DNA from: Chloroflexia bacterium
Lineage (GTDB): Bacteria; Chloroflexota; Chloroflexia; QHBQ01; JADMIH01
NCBI GenBank assembly: GCA_036399775.1
Contig: DASWMJ010000002.1
Span: forward strand, 1,123-65,122
Direction: 5' to 3'
Length of the DNA: 64,000 bases
Shown: in pieces, positions 18,840 to 28,717 of the stretch
How positions within the stretch are numbered: the first letter of the stretch is position 1
Layout: each line of letters starts with the position of its first letter
The notes under the pieces: generated by a model
The model's database searches: none
Seen by the model: only the letters and a program-made list of their open reading frames with translations
Told to the model about the DNA's origin: nothing
Translations under genes and position numbers: made by a program

Positions 18840-19131
18840 AGCCGCCTGCTTTGTGGACCGCGCTCTTGGGTATGAAGCGCCCGCAGCCGGAGCAGTTGAT
18901 CCGGTACTGTCTGTTTGCCCGCTCGTATAAGTAGTGAGCCACTACATACTGCGCCAGGTCTTCATACTCTTCCCTCAGTTCGTCAGGGAGGGCAGCATAC
19001 TCCTGGCTATAGGTATAGATAGGTGCCATCTGTAAGAAGTCATCTGGCAACTCTGAATTAGGCGTCCAGGCCAGTTCTTGCTGACGGATGTATAGTTGCT
19101 GACCCAGGTCCAGCCCTTCGAGGTTAGCCAT
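18772..19131 (-). CDS. Zn-ribbon protein (CSGCG...CPHCG)
   Basis: Two CxxC pairs in the C-terminal third. Confidence 0.45.
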   Translation of the reverse strand: MANLEGLDLGQQLYIRQQELAWTPNSELPDDFLQMAPIYTYSQEYAALPDELREEYEDLAQYVVAHYLYERANRQYRINCSGCGRFIPKSAVHKAGGYEVPSWAADWDCPHCGIHDGNY

Positions 19132-19312
19132 TGGCTTGCCTTGCCCTCCATTCTGCTTTCGTGGTGCCTGTCCTTTTGAGCCAGGCAGCCTCTCTCAGTT
19201 TTGCATGTCTTGCTGCTTTGTAGTCTATGAAGCACCACCCGCAATACCACACCCAGCCTACCTTCACCAGGACGCAGGACGGGCGTCCGCACGCCTCACA
19301 GATAGTGTTCAT
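19124..19312 (-). CDS. small Zn-finger protein (CEACG...CGWC)
   Basis: 62 aa with two CxxC pairs. Confidence 0.4.
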   Translation of the reverse strand: MNTICEACGRPSCVLVKVGWVWYCGWCFIDYKAARHAKLREAAWLKRTGTTKAEWRARQANG

Positions 19313-19325
19313 ACAGCCCTCCTAG

Positions 19326-19556
19326 CTAATCCTCTTCGTCCGCCTCGTCCGTTAGGTCAAAGAAGCAATTACCACATAGGTAGAGTTTCTGCTGTAGCTC
19401 CAGCACCGGCACATAATTTTCAAGCTCGGTTCTATTGGCCGCAGTCCCAATCAATATCTCCCGCATCTCCCCCATGCGCCACGCCTTGCGCGACCCCTTC
19501 GCTTCCTGCACTACAGGGAAATCCTCAAAACACCTTATGCAGGTCGGCTTACTCAT
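19326..19556 (-). CDS. small Zn-ribbon protein with C-terminal YLCGNCFFDLTDEADEED
   Basis: CIRC...CGNC pairs. The C-terminal motif is paralogous to 15645-16103. Confidence 0.45.
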   Translation of the reverse strand: MSKPTCIRCFEDFPVVQEAKGSRKAWRMGEMREILIGTAANRTELENYVPVLELQQKLYLCGNCFFDLTDEADEED

Positions 19557-19566
19557 TGTTTTCCTC

Positions 19567-20880
19567 CTAGTACCATATATCTTGAAACGCCGTCAGTTGG
19601 GGCACCCAGCGAAGCGGGATGCGCGCCAGTGGGCCGGAGCGGTGCTTCGCGATGATTACCTCGCCCAGGCCCTTCTTGTCCGTCTCGCGGTCGTACAGCT
19701 CCTCCCTGTGGATGAACATGACAATGTCCGCGTCTTGCTCCAGACTCCCAGACTCTCTCAGGTCGGAGAGGACTGGCTCGTTGCTCTTTCGGTGCTCGAC
19801 CGCCCGCGACAGCTGGGCACACGCTACAACGCATATATCAAGCTCCATCGTCAGCTTCTTGAGACCCCTCGAGATCTCCGTGACCTCCTGCACGCGGTTG
19901 CGCTCGCGCTTATCGGTGCCCTCCACAAGCTGTATGTAGTCGATTATCACCAGGGAGACGCCGTACTCGCGCACCACGCGCCTGGTGGCCGTGCTTATCG
20001 TCTCCACCGTCTGCGAGGCGCGATCGTTGATGTAGATGGGCAGCTTCGAGAGCCTGCCCCCCTTGTCCTGCAGGCGCGCCCACTCATTGTCGTTAATCTC
20101 TCCTATGTCGAGCCGCCTGCCGTCGATGCCTGCCTCCTCCGAAAGCAGCCTCCCCACCAGCTCCTCGCGCTTCATCTCCAGGGAGAAGATAGCGCCGGGG
20201 CTGCCGTACCTGGCGGAGTTACGGAGAATGCCTGTTGAAATCGAAGTTTTGCCATGGCCGGGACGACCAGCTATGAGCACCAGGTCATTGCGCTGCAGGC
20301 CCCCGGTCACCTTGTCGAGCCAGAAGAAGCCCGTAGGTATTCCCGCGTTGGTAGGCCCCGCCTCAACCTTATCGAAGTAGCTGGAGACCAGCGGCTCAAT
20401 GTGGGTGAAGCTCTGCGGCCGCCGCTGCTCCACCGCCTCCAGGCGCTCCCTGGCCTCGGCCAGCGGGTCCTTGCCGGGGTCCGTGTCGTAAGCAAGAGCT
20501 GCTATCTCCCCGCCTACAGAGATCTGTCGGCGCAGCGTGGCGAGGCGGGCTATCTCTGCAGCATTGTACTCTGCGAAAAGAAACGAGCTGGTGGGCGTAC
20601 GAGCGGCAAGGTCTGTCAACCAGAGGTAGGTCTCGGTGGAGTCGGTGCCCATGCGTCGCACGCACTCAGCGACCAGGACAGTGAGATCTGCGTAGCCCAC
20701 CTTCTTCTGCAGGTGAATGGCCGCTGCATACGCGGTGCCCAGACGCTCCATATAGAAGTCTTCGGGCTGCACGTACTCGCGCACCCTGGCCAGGTTTTCG
20801 TGGTCCAGGATAATACCGCCGAGGAGAGCTTCCTCGGCGACGATGTTGTACGGGACTGGTGTCGTTACCTGGTCAGTCAT
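19567..20880 (-). CDS. dnaB: DnaB-family replicative DNA helicase
   Basis: Walker A GRPGHGKTS, plus IIDYIQL and the RESGSLEQDADIV motifs. An N-terminal DnaB domain is present. 437 aa. Confidence 0.9.
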   Translation of the reverse strand: MTDQVTTPVPYNIVAEEALLGGIILDHENLARVREYVQPEDFYMERLGTAYAAAIHLQKKVGYADLTVLVAECVRRMGTDSTETYLWLTDLAARTPTSSFLFAEYNAAEIARLATLRRQISVGGEIAALAYDTDPGKDPLAEARERLEAVEQRRPQSFTHIEPLVSSYFDKVEAGPTNAGIPTGFFWLDKVTGGLQRNDLVLIAGRPGHGKTSISTGILRNSARYGSPGAIFSLEMKREELVGRLLSEEAGIDGRRLDIGEINDNEWARLQDKGGRLSKLPIYINDRASQTVETISTATRRVVREYGVSLVIIDYIQLVEGTDKRERNRVQEVTEISRGLKKLTMELDICVVACAQLSRAVEHRKSNEPVLSDLRESGSLEQDADIVMFIHREELYDRETDKKGLGEVIIAKHRSGPLARIPLRWVPQLTAFQDIWY

Positions 20881-21199
20881 CTACGACCTTCCTGGATAGT
20901 CGATAATGGATGACAGGGCCGTGCTGTTTCACCAGAGCTGGGCCAATAGGCCCCAGGTCCAGGTAAGTAGCGTAAAACTTGCCGCCAAACTGCATCTCCT
21001 GCATCCTCAGAAAGTTAGGCTCCCTGACAGATTGAAGGGCTTCCACACTGTCAGCTCCATCCATAACTACCATCTTTTCAGCGAGGGTTGGGGTGAAGTA
21101 GATAGAGCCATCCTGCATTTGCACAGTTACGCCGTCCCTGTTACCGACCTCGTTGAGGACAGAAGCCCAGTTCGAGTCTAAGGTCTGGGGTTTAGCCAT
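20873..21199 (-). CDS. hypothetical phage protein
   Basis: 108-aa ORF. Confidence 0.4.
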   Translation of the reverse strand: MAKPQTLDSNWASVLNEVGNRDGVTVQMQDGSIYFTPTLAEKMVVMDGADSVEALQSVREPNFLRMQEMQFGGKFYATYLDLGPIGPALVKQHGPVIHYRLSRKVVDD

Positions 21200-21203
21200 A
21201 ACA

Positions 21204-21482
21204 TCACTCCCAGGGCAGATCGGGGAAGGCTTCTTTCCACTCCAGTTTGCTGCCGCGGGACACCACGCCCTGCAGCTGTTCTATCAGGGTGGGGCCGAGG
21301 CCCTCTATCTTCACCAGGTCGGTGTCGATGTTGTACCCGGCCAGAAGATCCGCCCTGGTGTTGATGTCGTTTGCCTTCAAGATGCGTTGGATACGCTGGC
21401 AGTTGGCCCGCACGCGCTGCTCTCCCGGCATAGACTCGGGTTCCGCGTTGTGTATGTTTTCCAGTAATGCATCGCTAGACAT
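21204..21482 (-). CDS. helix-hairpin-helix DNA-binding protein
   Basis: IEGLGPTLIEQL is a GhG-type HhH motif. Confidence 0.45.
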   Translation of the reverse strand: MSSDALLENIHNAEPESMPGEQRVRANCQRIQRILKANDINTRADLLAGYNIDTDLVKIEGLGPTLIEQLQGVVSRGSKLEWKEAFPDLPWE

Positions 21483-22011
21483 TGATTGCCTCCTTCTTTA
21501 ACTTAATTAGATACTCCTTGCCCGCCTTCGCACATAGCTCGTCGCAATAGACGTTGTACTTGGAGACGGGCAGGCCCTTCCTCTTGCCGATGCCTGCTAT
21601 GAGGTCTGCCTTTGTGGGATGGCCCTGCAGCAAGCGTATCTGGACCTCTCCCAGGTTCGAGACGATCTCGCGCACCCTGGGTATCCATTCAACGGGAATG
21701 TTGTTCATGGCGTGGCCACGGAAGAGCCGCCCCAGCGTGACCTCGGAGTCCGAGCAGACAAGGCCGCTCCAGCCCTTCGGCAGGTAGCGCAGGGCCTTGC
21801 ACAGCGCCACCATCTCCATCTGGTTGTTGGTGGCATATCCGCGCACTACGCCGGAGGAGTAGGCCACCACGTAGCCATCCTCCCCCACCATGCACCACGC
21901 CCAGGTGCCGCCAATTTGGCTCGGGTTGGAATTAATACAACCCCCATCTGCGTAGACTTCAATGACACGCTGGTTAATCACAAATTCCCGCATCTGTTGG
22001 TCAGTCATCAT
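21475..22011 (-). CDS. rnhA: RNase H (RNase HI-like)
   Basis: VYADGGC, NNQMEMVAL and SDSE motifs correspond to the RNase HI catalytic DEDD residues. Confidence 0.75.
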   Translation of the reverse strand: MMTDQQMREFVINQRVIEVYADGGCINSNPSQIGGTWAWCMVGEDGYVVAYSSGVVRGYATNNQMEMVALCKALRYLPKGWSGLVCSDSEVTLGRLFRGHAMNNIPVEWIPRVREIVSNLGEVQIRLLQGHPTKADLIAGIGKRKGLPVSKYNVYCDELCAKAGKEYLIKLKKEAINV

Positions 22012-22029
22012 CAGACTCCCAGTGTTTTA

Positions 22030-22401
22030 TCACATGGCAGTTGGCGCAAAGTAACTCCAAGTACGTCGGGTCATATCCAATTGCTTTAACATGGCCAGAT
22101 AGTACTGTGGGGTGCTACCACCGCGGCTATTGCCGTATTTTTTCCGCGCGCTGCTACCGTCATCCTGAGTATGGTGTATAGCAAGCAACCTTACATCCGT
22201 GTTGCCGCAGCCAACGCACCTACCGCCTAACCTGTCTACTACTGCGTTGCGAGCCACTCTTCTTCTTTTCCGTGCCCACGCTGCATCTTTCTGCCTGTGC
22301 ATCTCGATGTTCTTTTCGCGGTTCCTGCGCTGACTCTCCCTGACACGCTCGCGATTATCGATATACCACTGTTTTTGTTTCTCAGGATCCTTGTAGGACA
22401 T
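22030..22401 (-). CDS. basic protein with CxGCG..HH motif (degenerate HNH-like?)
   Basis: GGRCVGCGNTDVRLLAIHH, with a Lys/Arg-rich N-terminus. Confidence 0.4.
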   Translation of the reverse strand: MSYKDPEKQKQWYIDNRERVRESQRRNREKNIEMHRQKDAAWARKRRRVARNAVVDRLGGRCVGCGNTDVRLLAIHHTQDDGSSARKKYGNSRGGSTPQYYLAMLKQLDMTRRTWSYFAPTAM

Positions 22402-22416
22402 ACCTGTTCCTCCAGG

Positions 22417-22980
22417 TCAGTCATCGCCGCGCCAAGCCTTCGCTGTAGGGTGGTGCTCCGCCATCCAGGCCTCACCCTTTGCTGGTTCCAAGAACCTCAC
22501 GCACTTCATTTGCCAGAGCGCATAATCGATCTCCGATGCCGTAGACTCCCCGATATACCCATCGACATTGAGCACGAGCACCTGGTCAGCCAGGTCTATC
22601 TTGCGCTTATGCAACTCATCGAGCGCCTCCTTGATACGAGCTACCTCTTCCGGTGCCAGATGCCCAAAATGCTCCTCGTCACTCGCCGTAGCAGCCCCCA
22701 CCGACAGTACAATGTATCCCGCCAGGGTTTGGATGAGGCTGACCTCCTGATATGTTTTCCAGAAGCGCGTAGAGCCGCACAGGCAGACGATCTGAGGGAA
22801 TGAAGGGAGCGGGGTGTGCGCTCTGCCCCCCAGCTTTTCAATCCCGTGACGTGCGTGTTCCTCGCACTCGAAGCGCCCATTAATGAGTCTATACGCGGCT
22901 AGCTGACCACACGGCCCACCAGATCCTTCAATAGGGGCACGTTCACACGTTGGCCCTCTACTCGACCTCCTTCCCATCAC
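22417..22980 (-). CDS. hypothetical phage protein
   Basis: 187-aa ORF. No confident family. Confidence 0.45.
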   Translation of the reverse strand: MMGRRSSRGPTCERAPIEGSGGPCGQLAAYRLINGRFECEEHARHGIEKLGGRAHTPLPSFPQIVCLCGSTRFWKTYQEVSLIQTLAGYIVLSVGAATASDEEHFGHLAPEEVARIKEALDELHKRKIDLADQVLVLNVDGYIGESTASEIDYALWQMKCVRFLEPAKGEAWMAEHHPTAKAWRGDD

Positions 22981-23374
22981 TTTCCTCCTCCCCTTTATCT
23001 AACCCCGATATATCTCCCGACACAGGCTCGCCTACGAGCTTGGGGTGGGCCTTACCGTTTTTCTTCGACTGCTGGTAGACGCGCACGGCATGCATGGCCT
23101 TCTTGCGCAGCTTGGGGTCGGCCCTGTAGGCGCGCATGCCCTGGATCATGAAGGCAGCCCCCGACACATCTCCCTGATTGGCCGCTGCTATCATGCCGAA
23201 GAAGTCGGCATCGGTCTCCGCCTGGGCTGCCACCATGAGGATCTTCCCAGCCAGACGCCGAGCCTCTTCGGGTGTCCAGCGGTCTATGTCATTCTCGCCC
23301 CAGCGGATCTGAACCTTGGGCTTGAGCGTATCGCTCTCTACGAAGGCCTCGAGCACTATGTGGATGTTAGGCAT
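22958..23374 (-). CDS. hypothetical phage protein
   Basis: 138-aa ORF. Confidence 0.45.
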   Translation of the reverse strand: MPNIHIVLEAFVESDTLKPKVQIRWGENDIDRWTPEEARRLAGKILMVAAQAETDADFFGMIAAANQGDVSGAAFMIQGMRAYRADPKLRKKAMHAVRVYQQSKKNGKAHPKLVGEPVSGDISGLDKGEEESDGKEVE

Positions 23375-24360
23375 TACTTCCCCCTCGCATCGAGCACTTC
23401 GTTGATGAGCTTCTTCATGTGGGCGTCGAACAGAGCGCTTCCATAGGGGATATGGGGTGGATTGCCCCCGGCTAAGTGCTTCACCAGGCCTGTAAAGAGG
23501 CGCTCCATGTCGCGGGTAAAGGTAGCGTCCTGGTATTTCGTGGAAAGCGGGTGCTCCGGCTTACCGTAGTTATCCTTGTCATTCAGCTCCCACACCGCAT
23601 CTTTCACTTTATCTTCGATGCCCTGGCGAATGCTGTAGCCTTGCTCACCGGGCTTCCTACCTGAGAGCGCCTCCGTGAAGGTCTGTCCTGCGGGCGTGCC
23701 GAAAAATTTTGCAATCCATGTCATAAACTCTGCTTCTGTCACTGAGGGTACTCCTCCCCCGGACGGGCCGGGTATAAATGCGTTGGGGCCGTCCTCTTTC
23801 ATCTCGAGCTGGCCCTGCGCGTTCAACTCTACGACGTCGTCCACCACGATGTGAAATTCAATGGTGGTACGCCTGGTGTGCTCGCCCTGGGCGTTCTTGG
23901 TGTGATTAACGTGGGAGCACACTGGCACCAGCCAGGTGCCCTTGGTGTGCCCCGGCAGCAGGGTGAAGGCCGACGCCCCCACCTGGTCGAGGCGGTGGTT
24001 CTGGTCCGCGGGCAGGTTAGGCACGTAGGGCGGCGGGAAGACGCTCCGCTCTATGGAGCCGTCGGGCTTGACTTTTTCGAGCTCAACGATCGTAGCCCCG
24101 GTATTCCCGTCAGTGACGATGCGGGACCTGTAGCCGTTGCCCCTGGCATCCACCTTGATGCCGGGCGTGTAGATGCCGCCCTTCACGGAGTTATAGTCGC
24201 GCCTGGTAACCTCCACTATGCGGCCAGGGAGAGCAGTCACCGCGCTCAGCGGTGTCAAGCTGGACGGGCCTTCTACCATCTCTACATGGCCGATCTCCAA
24301 CTTCTGCATCAGGCCTTCGTAGCCTATGCTTCCTGGCATCTTCTCAAAGTCGTTTTCCAT
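23374..24360 (-). CDS. large hypothetical phage protein (328 aa)
   Basis: Clean ORF inside the replication block. No recognisable motifs. Confidence 0.5.
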   Translation of the reverse strand: MENDFEKMPGSIGYEGLMQKLEIGHVEMVEGPSSLTPLSAVTALPGRIVEVTRRDYNSVKGGIYTPGIKVDARGNGYRSRIVTDGNTGATIVELEKVKPDGSIERSVFPPPYVPNLPADQNHRLDQVGASAFTLLPGHTKGTWLVPVCSHVNHTKNAQGEHTRRTTIEFHIVVDDVVELNAQGQLEMKEDGPNAFIPGPSGGGVPSVTEAEFMTWIAKFFGTPAGQTFTEALSGRKPGEQGYSIRQGIEDKVKDAVWELNDKDNYGKPEHPLSTKYQDATFTRDMERLFTGLVKHLAGGNPPHIPYGSALFDAHMKKLINEVLDARGK

Positions 24361-24796
24361 TAGATTCCTCCAAAGTATCTATATTAAAGCCCACGTTCAT
24401 CTCGACAGGCTTTCCTCCAACAAATATCTGCATGGGTTCAAGCAGTTTGCTGTAGTCCATGCCTCGCTCTGCAGCCAATTCAATGAATCTTTCCCAGGCT
24501 CCATTGTAGGCGCCGGTGGCCTCGTCTGCACCTGCCTGGGCTGCAGCACAGTCCTGCTCAAACAAAGCTCGCGACTTAGCCATCTCTGTCTCGTGCTTTG
24601 CAAGCAGCTCCTGCATCTCTTGTTCGAACACTTCACTGATCACCTTATCACGATCAGCCATCTTCTTTGACGCCTTTGATTTGGCAGCCATCAACCTCTG
24701 CCCCGCAGCCCGTCGCTGCTCGCCCAGCTCCCGCAGTTTAGACAGCTGCTCGTTCTGCCAGGCCAGGAACGATGCTGTCTCACCTGGCTGTATCAT
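24344..24796 (-). CDS. coiled-coil phage protein
   Basis: 150 aa, charged and heptad-like. Confidence 0.45.
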   Translation of the reverse strand: MIQPGETASFLAWQNEQLSKLRELGEQRRAAGQRLMAAKSKASKKMADRDKVISEVFEQEMQELLAKHETEMAKSRALFEQDCAAAQAGADEATGAYNGAWERFIELAAERGMDYSKLLEPMQIFVGGKPVEMNVGFNIDTLEESNGKRL

Positions 24797-25013
24797 TCCG
24801 TACCTCCAGCTTGGGTGTCAGCCAATCTTCTGCTTCAGATATCTCACGCTCAATCAGGAAGTAGTAGTTAACGCCCGTATTGGAGGTAAGAGCCTGCCAG
24901 CTGTGGACCTTCCAGCCCTCAGAGACTTTCCGATTAAGGGCAACCACAACACCGTTGATGCCGTCCCCTACTATGTAGCCCTCAATTACGTCGTATTCAA
25001 CCTTTGCCATCAT
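24780..25013 (-). CDS. hypothetical phage protein
   Basis: 77 aa. Confidence 0.4.
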   Translation of the reverse strand: MMAKVEYDVIEGYIVGDGINGVVVALNRKVSEGWKVHSWQALTSNTGVNYYFLIEREISEAEDWLTPKLEVRNDTAR

Positions 25014-25296
25014 TACCTCCTATCACTGCGCTTATGTTGAGGGAAACTACCCTCTCGTTTCCGCCGGTCTCCTCCGTCTCGATAGTGCCGGTGCCGCTCC
25101 AGGGTATGGTGATCATCTCGCGGGACTCCTGCCGGCAGTAGATGGACTCGCACTCCAGCGTGCAGAAGGCCAGCGACTCATTGCCTCGCATGACCAGCGC
25201 CCAACCCTCGGGCAAACCGCCCTTGCCGGACCACCCAACAGTGCGCGTGCAGTTGTCGCATTCAAGCGTCCAGGCCAGGTTAGCGTGTAACGGCAT
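24997..25296 (-). CDS. Cys-containing small protein
   Basis: CDNC...CTLEC. Confidence 0.4.
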   Translation of the reverse strand: MPLHANLAWTLECDNCTRTVGWSGKGGLPEGWALVMRGNESLAFCTLECESIYCRQESREMITIPWSGTGTIETEETGGNERVVSLNISAVIGGNDGKG

Positions 25297-25723
25297 GCCC
25301 CACCCCCCTTGGCAAGTTGGAATGCTTGATTATCTCCCCGCGGGCGTCCGCTATCTCCGCCAGCGTGTAAGGGATGCCCCAGCGCGGGCTGAGCCACCCA
25401 TCGTAGGGAGAGCCGTATCGCATGGCGTGCTCCATCAAAATTCGGTAAACCACGTTGGCGCCGACGTCTATAAACTCCAGCCACTGGATGGGAGGATCCA
25501 TGACGATCAGCCTGTCCCACAACGCCGCCGAGAGCGTCAGCTTGTGGGCCCGCAGATAGTAGAAGCGCCGCAGATGACCCCTGAACTGGAAGATATGCTT
25601 GGCGTGGTCGATGAGCCCGCAGGGGCGCATCATGCCACGCTCGGTGAGGCAGTAGACAACCTCCACGTCTTCGCGTTTAGGGTCAATATAGGTGCCCGCG
25701 CTCACGACTTCGGCTCCGTCCAT
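25280..25723 (-). CDS. hypothetical phage protein (start at MDGAEV with GGGAGG RBS)
   Basis: The Arg/Gly-rich N-terminal extension of the tracked 244-aa ORF is judged spurious. Confidence 0.45.
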   Translation of the reverse strand: MDGAEVVSAGTYIDPKREDVEVVYCLTERGMMRPCGLIDHAKHIFQFRGHLRRFYYLRAHKLTLSAALWDRLIVMDPPIQWLEFIDVGANVVYRILMEHAMRYGSPYDGWLSPRWGIPYTLAEIADARGEIIKHSNLPRGVGHAVTR

Positions 25724-25905
25724 GTACGGCCTCCCTGGTCCTCGCCACCCGAGTTGCAGCCGCCGTTGTCGTCCACGTTGTACACCAGATAACCTTCCTC
25801 GGTCTCTTCGTGCGGGTTGGTGATGCCTATACGCTGCAGCACCCCGGTGTCGACCACATGGTCCATACCGTTTGCCAGCATGAATTCTCTGAAATCGAAC
25901 GTCAT
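25702..25905 (-). CDS. small acidic hypothetical protein
   Basis: 67 aa. Overlaps the downstream start, which is typical of phage packing. Confidence 0.35.
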   Translation of the reverse strand: MTFDFREFMLANGMDHVVDTGVLQRIGITNPHEETEEGYLVYNVDDNGGCNSGGEDQGGRTWTEPKS

Positions 25906-26130
25906 CGCTTTGCCCTCCTTCGCTGCTGCTGCTTGGTATACCGCGCTGCCTTCGCCCGCTCACGCTCGCGCCGCTTGCGGTTCTCTTTGTACTTACGCCG
26001 CGAGTAAGTCCCAAACCGGAACCTGCTGATGCCGCCGCCGAAGCCTAGGAGACCCATCAAGCCGCTAGGGTCGACCGCTGCCGCGGCCTCCTGCGCTTTC
26101 TCCAGGACGTCCTTTTCGGCGGGATCTTGC

Positions 26131-27207
26131 TTAATCGTCTCCATCTGCGGCCTCCACACGCACCGCAGGCTCGGATGCGTTAGCCGAGTCGATGTGGCGC
26201 TGGATGTTGGTAGCAATCATCATCGCCATGTTGGCTATATCCACACACCGCGCCATAATGTCCCGATGGTAGGTCGGGCCCACGGCCTCATTCAGCGCGG
26301 GCCGCAGTTTGTGAAGGCGATCGGCGTGCTCCCACAGCATGCAAAAGAGGGGCTCAAACCCCATGTCGTGCCAGCCCGTCTTCCCACGCTCTTCGTCGTG
26401 CCGCCGCAGCTCCTGCTCCATGAAGATGACGAAACTCCACAGGTCGTCGCGGATCTCCGGGGAGCCTTCCACCTGGTCCTGATAGAACTTGGCCTGCACA
26501 CGCAGCCTGTAGGCGATCTCGTCCTTGCGCTCGATGCGCTTCACAAGGCGCTCTATCGTTTTGTCCTTCGCGTCAAGGTCCTCCTCGAGCTTCAACATTG
26601 AGCTTTCGCCTGCTTCCAGGTGCTCGCGAAGGTCCCTCAATGCTGAGTAAGCCTTAGCCTCCCTTTTCAAAGTCCTTCCTACGGCAGCCCTGGTTGCTGA
26701 GATCTCTTCTTCGTATGCAAGCACCGTGTCCTCCAGTCGCTTTTTGAGATCAACTATCCGACCGTTAGCGGCGTTAACCTCCCCCTGCAACCTCATCTCG
26801 GATTTCATAGAACTAGCAAAGGCAACTCGCAGCCTGCCGTTACTCTCCTCTAGCTGCCGGACTTTATCCTCCAACCCTAGATGGTGGGAGAGCGCAGCTT
26901 CCAATGTATCGGCCAGCTCCCTGCCAACTTTGTCCCACTCGCCGAGGAACTTGGCCTTCGTTGCAACCCCAGGATCTTTAGGCTTGTCCTCCTCACCGTC
27001 CTCAATAGGCGCTACGTAATGCGGTGCATCTTCAGGCCAATGTTTCCTATCATGGGTATAAACCCGTGCTGTGCCTGACGCCGTTTGCCCATTGGACATG
27101 TCAGACATCATTGGTCCTTGCTGTGCCACATTATGTTGCGAAGTCGCCAGCCTTTTATTGATCACTTCCCAGCCGGGCCTGGGCCCAACCCCTGTGTTCT
27201 GCGCCAT
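26131..27207 (-). CDS. coiled-coil phage protein (358 aa)
   Basis: Long charged helical central region. Confidence 0.5.
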   Translation of the reverse strand: MAQNTGVGPRPGWEVINKRLATSQHNVAQQGPMMSDMSNGQTASGTARVYTHDRKHWPEDAPHYVAPIEDGEEDKPKDPGVATKAKFLGEWDKVGRELADTLEAALSHHLGLEDKVRQLEESNGRLRVAFASSMKSEMRLQGEVNAANGRIVDLKKRLEDTVLAYEEEISATRAAVGRTLKREAKAYSALRDLREHLEAGESSMLKLEEDLDAKDKTIERLVKRIERKDEIAYRLRVQAKFYQDQVEGSPEIRDDLWSFVIFMEQELRRHDEERGKTGWHDMGFEPLFCMLWEHADRLHKLRPALNEAVGPTYHRDIMARCVDIANMAMMIATNIQRHIDSANASEPAVRVEAADGDD

Positions 27208-27220
27208 TTTCTTTCCCCTC

Positions 27221-28297
27221 CTACTTGGTGCGCAGGTTGCGCCCGCCCACCACTACAATCTCAAACGCTTCCTTATCGAGGAAGCGCTGCACCAGGCGCT
27301 CACCCGCCCGGTCCTCTAACGTGTCGCTATCATCGGGCAGCGTCCAGCCTAGCTTCTCCCAAATAAGCGACGACTGCAGGTTGGTCGTGCAGACCGTCGC
27401 CAGCCGGTGGTCGTGGCGGTAGCCGATGACCTTCCAGAGCTGCTCTTGCGCCCACTCTTTGTTGCTCCGCTCCGCACCCAGGTCATCTATCACCAGCAGG
27501 CGCCGCCTTCGGAGCTTGGTGAGAAACTCCTCGTTGGCGTCGAACCCGCCCTGGCGCAGCCCATCTAATAGATCCGGAGCCGTGATGAAGAGGGCCGAGT
27601 CGCCGTAGCGCCTGGTGCGCTCGGCAATGATACTCACCGCGAGCGAGGTCTTGCCCACGCCGAACCGCCCCATGACCAGCAGGCCGCTGGTGACGGTAGC
27701 CTGCCTGCAGTAGTCGAAGGCGCGGCTGCGGGCTTCTATGTCGCTGCCGGGCCAATTCTCCAGGGTGTAGGGCTGGAAGAAGACGGGCACGTCGGCTTCC
27801 TGGTAGATGACCTCTCGGCGCTGCTGCATGGCTTCATGCCCGCTCGGGTCTAAGTCCTCAACAGGTTCCTCATTGCCGGAGAACCTGTTCAGGTGGAACG
27901 GGCACGGCACCTGCTTTGCATATTCCCCATCAGGGCCGTAGCGGTAAAGCAGATAACCCTCGCAGCTATCGCCCATGCAGGGCTGCACAAACGTCACAAA
28001 GGTACCGGCATTGAGGTTGGGGGTGCCCGCACTTACTATCTGCGGGTTCGCCAGCGTGTGCTTGTATAGCCGGCGCAGCACAGTCTCTTCATCGCCCTTC
28101 GGCACAACAGGCTCGCGGTACCACCGGGCATCGATAGGCCCCCGCCAGATTTGCAGAGACTGTATCTCCACGGGCGGCGTCCTTATTACCTGGAGCGCTA
28201 TCTGCTGCGGGCTAAGCGGCTCCTCCGCCTGGGTTGAGTTCGTAATGTTTGTCCCAGGATGAGGTAACTTTGCCTCGCCCTGCCCCTTTGGATGCAT
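27221..28297 (-). CDS. DnaC/IstB-like AAA+ helicase loader
   Basis: Walker A MGRFGVGKTS and Walker B LLVIDDLGAE. Start taken at MHPKGQ (GAGGAG RBS); the tracked Pro/Arg-rich extension is ignored. Confidence 0.75.
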   Translation of the reverse strand: MHPKGQGEAKLPHPGTNITNSTQAEEPLSPQQIALQVIRTPPVEIQSLQIWRGPIDARWYREPVVPKGDEETVLRRLYKHTLANPQIVSAGTPNLNAGTFVTFVQPCMGDSCEGYLLYRYGPDGEYAKQVPCPFHLNRFSGNEEPVEDLDPSGHEAMQQRREVIYQEADVPVFFQPYTLENWPGSDIEARSRAFDYCRQATVTSGLLVMGRFGVGKTSLAVSIIAERTRRYGDSALFITAPDLLDGLRQGGFDANEEFLTKLRRRRLLVIDDLGAERSNKEWAQEQLWKVIGYRHDHRLATVCTTNLQSSLIWEKLGWTLPDDSDTLEDRAGERLVQRFLDKEAFEIVVVGGRNLRTK

Positions 28298-28677
28298 CTT
28301 TTTTCTCCTCTTTCTTCGGCCTGCCCCGGGAACGCCAGGAGCCGAAGTGCTTGCCGTACCTGTGGAAGGTCGGTAGAGCGTACTCGTCCGACCGCCAGGT
28401 GGTCTCCATGAACGCCAGGAAGTCGAGTAGCTCCGCGTTGTCGGGCCTCGAGCCGTTGGTGTAGGCATCGAGAATAGCCTTGACCGCCCGGCGCTCGTTT
28501 ACATAGTCCCTGCTCGACCAGGTGAGCACCACGTCGAAGCGTTTGGCGACGGCTGCCCACAGGGCGTCGTAGTCAAAGTCCGTGGCGCTCGCCGGGTGCA
28601 GTCTGGGTGTCGGGGCCTCGTCGTCCACGGGAAGCAACGCCAGGCGTGTTGCCCGGCACCACACGTTCCCCGCCATT
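28212..28677 (-). CDS. hypothetical replication-module protein (boundaries uncertain)
   Basis: ORF in the frame between the DnaC-like gene and the Zn-ribbon gene. Start tentatively placed at MAGNVW. It overlaps its neighbours. Confidence 0.3.
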
Positions 28678-28717
28678 TCGACGCGCGCAGTCAGGCCCAG
28701 GTGCGGTGCGCCCCTCT

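Noticed and set aside
19435-20238. 267-aa + strand ORF
   Set aside because: Antisense to the DnaB helicase gene, which has unambiguous motifs.
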